A stretch of 32,000 bases of DNA from Candidatus Saccharimonadota bacterium (GCA_963706795.1 OY970170.1:480001-512000), one strand, 5' to 3'; numbered from the stretch's first letter, positions 1 through 8,920 are shown. Program-made: numbers and translations. The notes: generated by a model not told the origin, from the letters alone.

Positions 1-521
1 TCGATCATCGCATCATGCGCGCCTTCGAACCATGTATCGAAGAGGAATTTGTGGAGCTCACTGAGCTTTGGCGCCTTGAAACTAAATCCACGCCCCTGGA
101 GTTTGCAATACTCAGTCGATGAACGCATCGTACATACTGATTTGATCGGCTGATAGTCACCAGGTCGCCCAATACGTGCAAGTTCATCTCGGATTACTTG
201 TTCATCGTATTCAATATTATGCCCAACAACAACGTCTGTGGTATTGAGATACTTGATGAATTTTTGATATACCTCCTCGATATATGGCGCATCTTCGACA
301 TCTTTATCATAGATTCCATGAACCTGCGAAGCTCCAAACGGAATAGAGATGCGTGGCTTAATAAAAATATTCACGCGCTCGATTTCTACGAAGCCGTTTT
401 CCTTAGAAATTTCACCAAGAATTCCCGCAAATTGAACAATATACGGCTGCTCTGCCAAGGTTCCTCCCCTGACGCTAAAACCGGTCGTTTCCGTGTCGAA
501 TACAAATGCTTTCATGGGCAT
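1..521 (-). CDS. DEDDh-type 3'-5' exonuclease (DnaQ/epsilon-like); the C-terminus runs off the window edge
   Basis: The minus-strand frame is open from ATG 521 (MPMKAFVFDTETTG..., alternative ATG 515) to position 1 with no stop. It carries Exo I FDTETTG, Exo II GHNIEYD and Exo III AHDAMI (H-x4-D). It is absent from the ORF track because no stop lies in the window. Confidence 0.8.
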   Translation of the reverse strand, partial: MPMKAFVFDTETTGFSVRGGTLAEQPYIVQFAGILGEISKENGFVEIERVNIFIKPRISIPFGASQVHGIYDKDVEDAPYIEEVYQKFIKYLNTTDVVVGHNIEYDEQVIRDELARIGRPGDYQPIKSVCTMRSSTEYCKLQGRGFSFKAPKLSELHKFLFDTWFEGAHDAMI

Positions 522-634
522 GGATTATAGGGAGAAGGGGTGAAAATCAAGGGTGAAAATTACAATATGAGAGTTCTATTTTGCTATCAGAATCTGCCCC
601 TTATACTTTCTCGAGTTCTATCAACTTTCAGTCT

Positions 635-1192
635 ATGAAAAAACCTCGCGTCATATATCTCCACGGAAATGATGCAACTCATTGGTCTTTTGCTTGGGCG
701 CCCTGGCTAAAAAGCGAATTGGAGAAGTGAGGCTATCCAGTGTTTTTTGAAACATTTCCAGATTCGATCATGGCACGAAGTGAATACTGGTTGCCATTCT
801 TAAAAGAACATATTCAAGCCTGAGAGAATGACATCCTCGTAGGATGGTCTTCCGGTGCTGTAGCAGCTATGAGATACGCCGAACAGCAGAAGATTCTGTG
901 ATCTATCCTTGTTGGAGCATGCTATACAGATTTAGGTGATGACAAGGAGAAGATTTCTGGCTACTATTCTCAGCCCTGGTTATGGGAAAAGATACGCGGG
1001 AACCAAGATTGGATTGTACAATTTGGCTCCGTAGATGACCCCTGTATTCCCATAGAGGAAAGCAGGTTTGTTAATACTAAACTCAATTCAGAGTATACCG
1101 AATTTCCTGACCGTGAACACTTTGGTTGGCCAACAAAGATGTTAGAGTTTCCTGAGTTACTAGATGCGATTATTCACTATACAGGTAAGTAG
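635..1192 (+). CDS. RBBP9/YdeN-family serine hydrolase (alpha/beta fold), 185 aa
   Basis: Runs from ATG 635 to TAG 1190-1192, with three in-frame TGA codons (728, 821, 899) read as Gly. Motifs: VIYLHGN, WLPF, nucleophile elbow GWSSGAVAAMRYAE, DLGDDKEKISGYYSQPWLWEKI, IVQFGSVDDP and EHFG, giving a Ser/Asp/His triad. It is invisible in the standard-code ORF track. Confidence 0.8.
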
Positions 1193-1411
1193 GTAACTCT
1201 TTTTATGAATATCACAAAAAACAATAGCATAGCACTTAGAGTTTAATTATTTATACGTTCTGGTACGAGTGGTATCCGCATTGGCACAGCTTGAATCGCT
1301 CTCCATGAAGAAAAGATTTATGAAAGAAAGGAGGTAATTTGCAAAACCTATCCTGACCCATAGAATGCACCAGATTGAGATCCCTCAATCATAGACGCCA
1401 CGGAGGTTCAT

Positions 1412-1756
1412 ATGAAATACATTTTGCATCTCACAAAAATCAATACATTGACGGGTTTAGTAATCTGCTTGTTTATATTTGAGAGAGACGGGGATCGTAC
1501 ACGTTTTATGGGTATGGATCATACGGAGATTGGATGTATTTTATTTCTAATACATATATTGATCTCTGTAATGTTCGCGCACTACGTCATACACCTTGAT
1601 GATGAATGGTTATGCAGAAGCGATATACACTATAATGAAAGGTTACGAATGCACCGCTTGGGCAATAAAAAGTTATGTGGTTTTCATGTAGCATACACCA
1701 CAATCTTGCTAGGCTATATATGCAATGTTTACCTGAGTTGACACTCCACCTGCTAA
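1412..1756 (+). CDS. Hypothetical small Cys/His-rich membrane protein (114 aa under table 25)
   Basis: ORF track 1412-1741 extended through TGA 1739-1741 to TAA 1754-1756. It has a canonical GGAGG 5 nt upstream of the ATG and three hydrophobic segments. I recognise no family motif. Confidence 0.3.
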
Positions 1757-1810
1757 AATCTGATCTACACCAACTTCAGCATTGTCTGTATGATCAACAA
1801 TCTATAAAAT

Positions 1811-1838
1811 AAAGCCCATCCTTATTCGGATGGGCTTT
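1811..1838. terminator. Bidirectional rho-independent terminator hairpin
   Basis: AAAGCCCATCC-TTATTC-GGATGGGCTTT is flanked by an A-rich 5' side and a T-rich 3' side. On the minus strand it is followed by TTTATTTTAT. Confidence 0.6.
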
Positions 1839-1866
1839 TACTTATAACAGAAGTAGTCTCTAGGAA

Positions 1867-1990
1867 TTCTTCAAAAACGATGGGATTTGTATGAAGACTG
1901 CCGCTAGCGCCCCCTATTGTGAGGTTACCGGAGTGCGGTGTAGCAGTGCTACACCAAACGAGGAAACGCAAAGCCTGAACACGAAGATCG
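1867..1990 (-). repeat. Copy A of a conserved structured intergenic element (candidate complex terminator or 3'UTR RNA); strand is tentative
   Basis: Aligns to 28639-28738 by eye. Shared blocks are TTCTTSAAAAACGATGRGATTTG, TACCGGAGTG, a GYGTAGC/GCTACRC hairpin and AACGAGGAA. It starts 7 nt after the secY stop, and the minus-strand reading ends in CGTTTTT. Confidence 0.5.
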
Positions 1991-1997
1991 AAGCTAT

Positions 1998-3326
1998 TTA
2001 GTAGAACTTCTTGTAGTCGTAACTTTTAAGTTCTGTATCAACGCGGCGGATAAGCTCGAGAACCACTCCGACAACGATGATGAGTCCTGCTCCTGAGATG
2101 AGGAAGTCGATGCGGGCATTTCCGGATACGTCGATGAGACCGAACTGGTTGTTGATCTTGGTGATGATGTATGGGAATACTGCAACGAGTGCGAGGAATG
2201 ATCCTCCGAAGAGATTGAGATGCATGCTCGTCTTTTCGAGGTAGTCGATGGTTTCTTTTCCTGGACGGATACCTGGGATATAACCTCCGCGCTTTTGGAT
2301 AGATTCGGCGATTTCGCTTGGGTTGAAGACGATCGAGATATAGAAGTATGAGAATGCTACGATGAGTGCAAAATATACTCCGATATAGATCCATCCTGGA
2401 TTATTCATTGAGAAGTTCTCAGTGAGGAACTGCCCGAGCTCTGCCATTCGGCCTGCTCCACGAGTCGTGAGAATCTGACCAATAAGCGATGGGAATGTAA
2501 CGATTGAGACTGCGAAGATGATAGGAATCATTCCCGCCTGATTCACGCGAATCGGGAAATATGATCGTTCATCGCGTCCTGTCTTTGTATAGATGAGTGG
2601 AATCTTGCGGTATCCTTCGGTGAACTTAATGATGATGAACATGACGAGGAGTGTCATGATGATGAGTCCAATAAGGAGTCCGAAGTTTCCAACCGTGAGA
2701 TACTGTCCAATGTGCTCTGGAACACCTGCGAGAACACCTGCGAAGATGATCATTGATGAACCATTTCCGATACCTGATTCATTGATGATATCACCGAGCC
2801 AGAGGAGGAGCATTGTACCCGCTGTAATGAAGAGCATCGCAGGAAGTACAACATGGAGGAAGTCCTTTGTATCGATAAGCATTCCTGCATTACCAGTGGC
2901 GCTTCCTACGAGTGTATTGATGAGGATGATCATCCCATAACTCTGAGCAAACGCAAGAGGAAGGGCGAGATACTTCGTGTAATTGTTGATCTTGCGCTGT
3001 CCGAGCTCTCCTTCTTTTTTAAGAGATTCGAGCTGAGGAATAACGACTCCGAGGAGCTGGATGATAATCACCGCATTAATATATGGTGAAAGTCCCATCA
3101 AAACGATCGAGAAGTGCTCAAGTCCACCACCAAGAAGTGATGCAAAGAATGCAAGACCCTGACTTGCTTGAAGGAATTTTTGAAGATTCGCGATAGCATC
3201 AACATTGACTCCAGGAACTGGAATAATTGAGAGGAACTTGTAAACAAGAACGAGACCAATTGTAATGAGGATCTTTTTGCGTACATCTTCTGAATTCCAG
3301 ATGCGGGAAATATTTTTGAGAATCAT
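1998..3326 (-). CDS. secY: Preprotein translocase subunit SecY
   Basis: ORF-track protein with the typical 10-TM SecY sequence, sitting after rplO. I prefer the ATG at 3326 (MILKNISRIWNS...) over the upstream GTG at 3380. The stop is TAA. Confidence 0.93.
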   Translation of the reverse strand: MILKNISRIWNSEDVRKKILITIGLVLVYKFLSIIPVPGVNVDAIANLQKFLQASQGLAFFASLLGGGLEHFSIVLMGLSPYINAVIIIQLLGVVIPQLESLKKEGELGQRKINNYTKYLALPLAFAQSYGMIILINTLVGSATGNAGMLIDTKDFLHVVLPAMLFITAGTMLLLWLGDIINESGIGNGSSMIIFAGVLAGVPEHIGQYLTVGNFGLLIGLIIMTLLVMFIIIKFTEGYRKIPLIYTKTGRDERSYFPIRVNQAGMIPIIFAVSIVTFPSLIGQILTTRGAGRMAELGQFLTENFSMNNPGWIYIGVYFALIVAFSYFYISIVFNPSEIAESIQKRGGYIPGIRPGKETIDYLEKTSMHLNLFGGSFLALVAVFPYIITKINNQFGLIDVSGNARIDFLISGAGLIIVVGVVLELIRRVDTELKSYDYKKFY

Positions 3327-3444
3327 GGGATGAGTAGAATCTGATACAGAGTTAATAGAATATCCAAGCAGATGCGGCACGCATCAACAAGAGATCTGCC
3401 ATTAATTTCCTCTTAGTATAGAGAAAAAGGGGTAAAGTAAATCG

Positions 3445-3470
3445 AAAAAAAAATCCTCTTTCGAGGAATT
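3445..3470 (-). terminator. Weak intrinsic terminator or attenuator between rplO and secY
   Basis: The minus strand reads TCCTC-GAAA-GAGGA (5-bp stem, GNRA loop) followed by a run of nine T. It begins 4 nt after the rplO stop. Confidence 0.35.
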
Positions 3471-3474
3471 TTTC

Positions 3475-3930
3475 TTAGAGAAGCTCAACGGTTCCTCCGG
3501 CTTTCTCAATCTTTGCCTTCGCTTCCTTTGAGATCTTGTTTGCTCGGATAGAAATAGCAACGTCGATGTTCCCGTTTCCGAGAATCTTGAGGAGCATTCC
3601 TGACTTACGAAGCATTCCCTTTTCGTGAAGGAGAATTGAGTCGATAGTCGTGCTTCCAGCCTTTGCAAGCTCAGCGAGTGTTTCAACGTTTACAATTCCG
3701 AATTCAGCTGGGTTGTATGCTGTAAATCCGCGCTTCTTTGGAAGACGACGGAAGAGAGGAGTCTGTCCTCCTTCGAATGCTGGGTTGAATTTACCAAGAC
3801 CGGTTCGAGAACCCTGTCCCTTTACACCTCGTCCACAGTATGTTCCGCTACCGGAAGCGTTACCACGTCCAACGCGCTTTGCGAGCTTTTTGGATCCTGG
3901 GTGAGCCGAGAGATTCGAGTGATTAAACAT
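3475..3930 (-). CDS. rplO: 50S ribosomal protein L15 (uL15)
   Basis: ORF-track protein MFNHSNLSAHPGSKKLAKRVGRGNASGSG...; sits in conserved spc-operon order. Confidence 0.93.
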   Translation of the reverse strand: MFNHSNLSAHPGSKKLAKRVGRGNASGSGTYCGRGVKGQGSRTGLGKFNPAFEGGQTPLFRRLPKKRGFTAYNPAEFGIVNVETLAELAKAGSTTIDSILLHEKGMLRKSGMLLKILGNGNIDVAISIRANKISKEAKAKIEKAGGTVELL

Positions 3931-3941
3931 GATAGATGAAA

Positions 3942-4544
3942 TTATGCGCTTTTCTTCTTAGCTGGAGCCTTTGGAGGAGTAGGAGCGTCTGTAGTTTCAG
4001 TAGATTCTACTGCAGCCTTCTTGATGAAAGGATTATTTGCTCCGCTCTTGAGTTTTGCAAGTGCCTTGAGAGTAGCACGAACGTTTGTGAGTGGATTACC
4101 ACCTCCCTGTCGCTTTGCGATAACGTCCTTGAGACCAGATACGAACATGAGCTTTCGGATGGCTCCTCCAGCGATGATACCTGTACCTTCGTATGCTGGG
4201 TGGAGCATAACCGAAGTTGCCTTGAAGTTAGCTGTAACTTCGTGTGGGATAGAGTTTCCTGCGATTGGGAAAGTGATGAGGTTCTTCTTTGCATCTCGAA
4301 AAGCTTTTTCGATTGCAACGACTACTTCACCAGCCTTACCTGTACCGAGTCCAACTGTACCCTTTTCGTTACCGATAACTACTGCAGCTCGGAATCGAAG
4401 CTGACGACCACCTGCGGTAACACGAGTTACGCGGGCGATTTCAAGGAGTTCTTCCTTGTACTCCTTTTGAACTTCTTTGAACTGACCACCTTTTCGACCA
4501 CCGGCATCGCGGCGATTCGAATTATTTCGAACTTCTTGAGACAT
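3942..4544 (-). CDS. rpsE: 30S ribosomal protein S5 (uS5) with a Lys/Pro-rich C-terminal tail
   Basis: ORF-track protein ...VTRVTAGGRQLRFRAAVVIGN...GTGIIAGG...; sits in operon order. Confidence 0.93.
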   Translation of the reverse strand: MSQEVRNNSNRRDAGGRKGGQFKEVQKEYKEELLEIARVTRVTAGGRQLRFRAAVVIGNEKGTVGLGTGKAGEVVVAIEKAFRDAKKNLITFPIAGNSIPHEVTANFKATSVMLHPAYEGTGIIAGGAIRKLMFVSGLKDVIAKRQGGGNPLTNVRATLKALAKLKSGANNPFIKKAAVESTETTDAPTPPKAPAKKKSA

Positions 4545-4561
4545 GTGTGAGAAACAAAGAA

Positions 4562-4903
4562 CTAAAAGGAGAGACCAGCTTCGCGAGCAGCATTGGCAAG
4601 AGCCTTGACGCGACCTGCATAGAGGAATCCTCCGCGATCGAATACAACGGACTTGATACCAAGACCAGTAGCAATTTTACCAAGTTCTGTACCTACTGCA
4701 GCAGCAAGTTCAGTCTTAGTCCCCTTTGTGATCTTCATATCAGAAGCAGCACAGAGAGTTTTTCCTGCTACGTCGTCAATGAGTTGAGCGTAGATGGAAG
4801 TATTGCTTCGGTACACCGAAAGACGTGGACGCTCTGCCGTACCAGCAACACGAGCGCGGATGCGTGTATGTCGACGCTGACGTTTGTAAACCTTTTCAAG
4901 CAT
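4562..4903 (-). CDS. rplR: 50S ribosomal protein L18 (uL18)
   Basis: ORF-track protein ...[18 protein letters not shown]...[16 protein letters not shown]... Confidence 0.93.
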   Translation of the reverse strand: MLEKVYKRQRRHTRIRARVAGTAERPRLSVYRSNTSIYAQLIDDVAGKTLCAASDMKITKGTKTELAAAVGTELGKIATGLGIKSVVFDRGGFLYAGRVKALANAAREAGLSF

Positions 4904-4933
4904 AATAAGACGGTATAAAGACGATGGTAGCTA

Positions 4934-5488
4934 TTATTTTTTGGCTGCAGTTTTTCCTGCTTTTCGGCGAACGTATTCTCCAACGTAGCGGATTCCCTTA
5001 CCCTTGTATGGTTCAGGTGGCTTGATTTCACGAACGAGAGCCGAGAAGTATCCTACCTGCTGCTTATCAATTCCGGTGATGTGAATAACGTTCTTTTCTT
5101 TCGGGTCGGCAGCTACGGTAACTCCAGCTGGAGCGTCCATGAATACCTTGTGAGAGAAACCAACAGAGAGAGTGATTTTCTGAGGACTTGTGACTTCGAA
5201 TTTGTATCCAACTCCTTGGATTTCGAGTGACTTCTTGTAACCGTCAGATACACCGACTACCATATTGGCAACGAGTGCTCGAGTGAGTCCCCAGAACGCG
5301 CGGTCCTGAGCATTCTCAGGGTCAGCAACCACAACGTGGAGTTCCTGACCTTCGAGATTCACACTTACGGCCTCTTGAAGGGTGAGGGAGAGTTCTCCCT
5401 TTGAGCCCTTTACTGTGATCTTCTTCCCTTCGATTGTTGTGGTTACTCCAGCGGGGAGTACAACGGGAAGCTTTCAGATTCGAGACAT
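4934..5488 (-). CDS. rplF: 50S ribosomal protein L6 (uL6), 184 aa
   Basis: ORF track 4934-5362 extended upstream through TGA 5474-5476. The N-terminus then reads MSRI-G-KLPVVLPAGV, the conserved SRIGK motif with UGA at the Gly. Confidence 0.92.
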
Positions 5489-5509
5489 GATAACTAAAAA
5501 TGAATAATA

Positions 5510-5896
5510 CTAGTAGATTTCGCAGAGGAGTTCTCCACCTACGCCGAGAGCGTGTGCTTCGTAACCAGTAACTACACCCTTTGGAGTGGAGAGTACGTAG
5601 ATTCCGAGACCGTTTCGGGACTTCTTGATGTCTGAAGCCTTAATGTAAATACGCTGTCCTGGAGTAGAAATTCGGCGGAAAGAAGGAACGTACTTAGTAG
5701 CGCGAACATCATTGAGATGAGCGATAAGCGTGCGTCCGTCTTCGCTTGTTTCGTACGAAGCAACGTATGCATTCTTCTTCATAACCCGAAGAAGCTCCGA
5801 TTTAATAACCGAGTAAGGGATCTCTACGCGTGCAAGACGAGCGAGGTATCCGTTTCGGACACGAGTGAGAAGGTCTGCGATTGGATCGATGATCAT
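5510..5896 (-). CDS. rpsH: 30S ribosomal protein S8 (uS8)
   Basis: ORF-track protein MIIDPIADLLTRVRNG... Confidence 0.93.
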   Translation of the reverse strand: MIIDPIADLLTRVRNGYLARLARVEIPYSVIKSELLRVMKKNAYVASYETSEDGRTLIAHLNDVRATKYVPSFRRISTPGQRIYIKASDIKKSRNGLGIYVLSTPKGVVTGYEAHALGVGGELLCEIY

Positions 5897-5925
5897 AATT
5901 GAGAATTCAGAGTTGAAATTGATGA

Positions 5926-6150
5926 CTACCAGCTGGACTTGCGTACGCCCATGAGCTCACCTGAGTTCGCTCGTTCTCGGACACAAATACGACACATATC
6001 GAATTTACCGATATAACCGTTTACGCGTCCACAAACGCTGCATCGGTGATAGAGTCGAGTTGGGAATGCGACCTTTTTACCGAGTGCGCGTGCCTGTTCA
6101 GCTTTTTTCTGAGCGTCGGCGCATTTATTGACAAGTGCTGTTCGTGCCAT
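5926..6150 (-). CDS. rpsN: 30S ribosomal protein S14 (uS14), Zn-ribbon type, 74 aa
   Basis: ORF-track protein ending ...RKSSW with CSVC...CRIC (CxxC-x12-CxxC). Confidence 0.9.
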   Translation of the reverse strand: MARTALVNKCADAQKKAEQARALGKKVAFPTRLYHRCSVCGRVNGYIGKFDMCRICVRERANSGELMGVRKSSW

Positions 6151-6151
6151 A

Positions 6152-6691
6152 TTAACGAATGAAAGGGAAATGAAGAGCGTCGAGGAAAGCCTTTGAGTGC
6201 TCTTTCGACTGAGATTTGAACTTGATGGTGATCTGAAGTCCGTGTGGCTTTACCACGTCCGTTGCAGGAACCTCTGGGAAGATTGTATGTTCCTTGATTC
6301 CGAAGTTGAAGTTACCAGCTTCGTCGAATGATCGAGAAGAGATACCGCGGAAGTCACGAACACGAGGAAGAATGATAGCAATGAGCTTGTCGAGGAACGC
6401 GTACATGCGATCTCCACGAAGCGTAACTGTCATACCTACAGGCATTCCTTCACGAAGCTTGAAGTTCGAGATAGACTTACGTGCGTTAGCAACCTTTGGA
6501 AGCTGACCTGCAATGAGTGCGAAGTCGTTCTTGAGGCTTGAGTAATCCTTGTTACCGCTCGCAACGTAGGTACCAATACCCATATTGAGAACGATTTTCT
6601 CAATACGTGGAACTTCCATTGCGTTCTTGATTGCCAGAGACTTCTGGAGTTCTGGACGAACGGTTTTATTAATATGCTCTTGAAATGACAT
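6152..6691 (-). CDS. rplE: 50S ribosomal protein L5 (uL5)
   Basis: ORF-track protein ...IEKIVLNMGIG...GMPVGMTVTLRGDRMYAFLDKL... Confidence 0.93.
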   Translation of the reverse strand: MSFQEHINKTVRPELQKSLAIKNAMEVPRIEKIVLNMGIGTYVASGNKDYSSLKNDFALIAGQLPKVANARKSISNFKLREGMPVGMTVTLRGDRMYAFLDKLIAIILPRVRDFRGISSRSFDEAGNFNFGIKEHTIFPEVPATDVVKPHGLQITIKFKSQSKEHSKAFLDALHFPFIR

Positions 6692-6707
6692 AGGGAGGGT
6701 ATTTTAC

Positions 6708-7013
6708 TTAGGCGAGTTTCTTTCCAGATTTCTTCGCGATGCGGATCTTCTTACCACCTTCGATCTTAAAACCGATTCGTGTGATGAGCTTTGTTTCTGG
6801 ATCGATAGCTGACACGTTTGAAACGTGGATAGCTTTTTCCATTTCAACAATCTGACCAGGAGTCGTTCCTTGTTTCTTGATGTGCTTTTTTACGATGTTG
6901 ACACCTTCGATGAGAACACGCTCTGCTTTTTTGTCGACAGAAAGGACTTTACCTTCCTTGCCTTTATCTTTTCAGGCGATAACTCGTACGATGTCTCAGC
7001 TGTGAATTTTCAT
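6708..7013 (-). CDS. rplX: 50S ribosomal protein L24 (uL24), 101 aa
   Basis: Absent from the standard-code track. Table-25 translation gives MKIHS-G-DIVRVIA-G-KDKGKEGKVLSV..., with TGA at 6996-6998 and 6972-6974 on the two conserved KOW-motif glycines. The stop is TAA 6708-6710. Confidence 0.9.
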
Positions 7014-7023
7014 GGTGTTATCT

Positions 7024-7392
7024 TTAGAGAACTTCTGCGGCTAGGGACAAAATCTTCTGGAAACCTTTATTCTTGAGTTCGCGGAAAACCGGACCGAATA
7101 CACGAGTACCTCTTGGTTCTCCATCTTCATTGATGATGACACATGCATTGTCATCAGAACGAACGTAGGTTCCATCTTCACGACGGATTTCCGCTGCAGT
7201 TCGAACAACGACCGCCTTTTGAACGGATTTCTTTTTAATGGTTCCTTGTGGAAGAGCTTCCTTGATAGAAACAACGATAATGTCTCCAACGGATGCATAT
7301 CGGCGCTTTGATCCTCCGAGGACCTTAATACACAGGGCTTCTTTAGCACCAGTGTTATCTACGACGCGAAGTCGGCTTTCTGCCTGAATCAT
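7024..7392 (-). CDS. rplN: 50S ribosomal protein L14 (uL14)
   Basis: ORF-track protein [18 protein letters not shown]... Confidence 0.94.
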   Translation of the reverse strand: MIQAESRLRVVDNTGAKEALCIKVLGGSKRRYASVGDIIVVSIKEALPQGTIKKKSVQKAVVVRTAAEIRREDGTYVRSDDNACVIINEDGEPRGTRVFGPVFRELKNKGFQKILSLAAEVL

Positions 7393-7405
7393 GATCTAAT
7401 AGTTT

Positions 7406-7624
7406 TTATGCTAGAGTCCAACGCTTCATCTTGGAGAGTGGACGACACTCGTTGATAGTTACTACATCTCCGAGCACCGCAGTGTTATTCTCATCGTGTG
7501 CGTAGAATTTTGATGTAACCTTGTAACGTTTTTTGTACTTTGGGTGTGTCTTGTAGGTGTCAACGGCAACGACGATGGTCTTATCCATCTTTACGCTTGT
7601 GACGATACCAGTTTTCGTTCTCAT
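7406..7624 (-). CDS. rpsQ: 30S ribosomal protein S17 (uS17)
   Basis: ORF-track protein [21 protein letters not shown]... Confidence 0.92.
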   Translation of the reverse strand: MRTKTGIVTSVKMDKTIVVAVDTYKTHPKYKKRYKVTSKFYAHDENNTAVLGDVVTINECRPLSKMKRWTLA

Positions 7625-7633
7625 GGACGTGAA

Positions 7634-7831
7634 TTAAATAGTGTGAGCTCTCATTTCTGTTTTGCTTCGTGCAATTTCCTTGCGGAGTCGCTTGAGCTGG
7701 TGAGTCTCTTTGAGTTCTCCGAACTGTTTCTTCATAGTAAGAAGATAGAGCTCACTTTCGAGTTTCCCAATATTTGAGGTGATACCCTCGAGAGCAGCAG
7801 GAGCCGCGTCTTTGATCTTTTTCGTTGCCAT
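7634..7831 (-). CDS. rpmC: 50S ribosomal protein L29 (uL29)
   Basis: 65-aa helical protein lying between rplP and rpsQ; ...LRKEIARSKTEM... Confidence 0.85.
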   Translation of the reverse strand: MATKKIKDAAPAALEGITSNIGKLESELYLLTMKKQFGELKETHQLKRLRKEIARSKTEMRAHTI

Positions 7832-7832
7832 A

Positions 7833-8243
7833 CTAGATTTCAGTCGTAAGGAATTTAGTCTTCACTGGAAGCTTGTACGCAGCGAGTGCGAGAGCTTCTT
7901 CTGCCATTTCTACAGGAATACCGCTGATCTCAAAGAGAATGCGTCCTGGTCGAACCGGAGCTCGATACATTTCGAGTCCTCCCTTTCCTCCTCCCATTGG
8001 AACCTCAAGAGGTTTTTTTGTGAAGGCCTTATCTGGGAATACACGAGTCCAGAGGCGTCCACCCTTCTTGAGATATCGAACGATCGTTCGGCGAGCTGCT
8101 TCAAGCTGACGTGAGGTGATGTATCCTGATTCAGTTGTCTTGAGCGCAAAATCTCCGAAAGCGATATTCGATCCACGAATCGCGAGTCCTCTAATGACTC
8201 CGCGTTGCGTCTTTCGGTATTTCGTTTTCTTCGGTTGTAACAT
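7833..8243 (-). CDS. rplP: 50S ribosomal protein L16 (uL16)
   Basis: ORF-track protein MLQPKKTKYRKTQRG...ITSRQLEAARR... Confidence 0.94.
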   Translation of the reverse strand: MLQPKKTKYRKTQRGVIRGLAIRGSNIAFGDFALKTTESGYITSRQLEAARRTIVRYLKKGGRLWTRVFPDKAFTKKPLEVPMGGGKGGLEMYRAPVRPGRILFEISGIPVEMAEEALALAAYKLPVKTKFLTTEI

Positions 8244-8287
8244 GTGTTCGCAAAATTATATTGGTAATATTTCGAAGTCAATTTTAC

Positions 8288-8920
8288 TTACTTCTTGAAA
8301 ACGTCTCCTTTGTAGATCCAAATCTTGAGTCCGAGAGTTCCCGCAAGGGTTTGTGCTCTTTCAACTGCGTAGTCAATATCCGAACGGATAGTGAGAGATG
8401 GGATACTTCCTTCCTTGTACGTTTCTCGGCGAGCGATTTCTGCACCGTTTACACGACCAGAGATGACGATCTTGATTCCAAGTCCACCCTTCTCCATTGT
8501 GCGAGCGATTGCGTTCTTGATAACTCGTCGGTATGGAAGCTTCTTTTCGAGCTGACGTGCGATAGAGTCTCCAACGAGAGCTGCAGAGAGCTCAGGCTTC
8601 TTGACTTCTTTCACTTCAACCTGGAAAGTCTTTCCGAAAAGCTTTGTGAGGTCGGCCTTGAGCTTATTCACGTTTTCGTCGTCTTTCCCGAGAACGAGTG
8701 CAATCTTGGAAGTGTAAATCGTTACCGTGATTGACTGATTCGCGTGAGAGAGGAAAATGTTTGCGATCGGATGACCTTTGAGAAACTTCGTAACGAAGAG
8801 TCGCACCTGCATATCAAGTGAGACATTGGCAGAATACTCCTTGCGAGAGTAGAAACCAGTGGTTCTCCAAGACTTGATATATCCGATACGGAATGCGAGA
8901 GGACTAACTTTGTGACCCAT
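8288..8920 (-). CDS. rpsC: 30S ribosomal protein S3 (uS3)
   Basis: ORF-track protein MGHKVSPLAFRIGYIKSW... with a KH domain. Confidence 0.94.
   Translation of the reverse strand: MGHKVSPLAFRIGYIKSWRTTGFYSRKEYSANVSLDMQVRLFVTKFLKGHPIANIFLSHANQSITVTIYTSKIALVLGKDDENVNKLKADLTKLFGKTFQVEVKEVKKPELSAALVGDSIARQLEKKLPYRRVIKNAIARTMEKGGLGIKIVISGRVNGAEIARRETYKEGSIPSLTIRSDIDYAVERAQTLAGTLGLKIWIYKGDVFKK

Noticed and set aside
1964-1975. The ACGCAAAGCC string in repeat copy A resembles the junction of the c-di-GMP-I (GEMM) riboswitch.
   Set aside because: The string is not conserved at the aligned position in copy B. The rest of the GEMM architecture (GNRA tetraloop and receptor, ACGCACAGGGCAAACC segment) is absent.
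1867-1990. The repeat element as a small conserved peptide gene (copy A is open in one plus-strand frame).
   Set aside because: Indels between the two copies (1, 1 and 2 nt) break any common frame. Copy B hits TAG in the aligned frame. The substitutions preserve base pairing rather than codons.
3936-4550. Long plus-strand ORFs opposite ribosomal protein genes (for example 3936-4550, 8261-8734, 29208-29657, 29703-30269, 30270-30770, 15032-15559).
   Set aside because: They are antisense shadows of clearly identified minus-strand genes. Their translations are low-complexity and show no family motifs.
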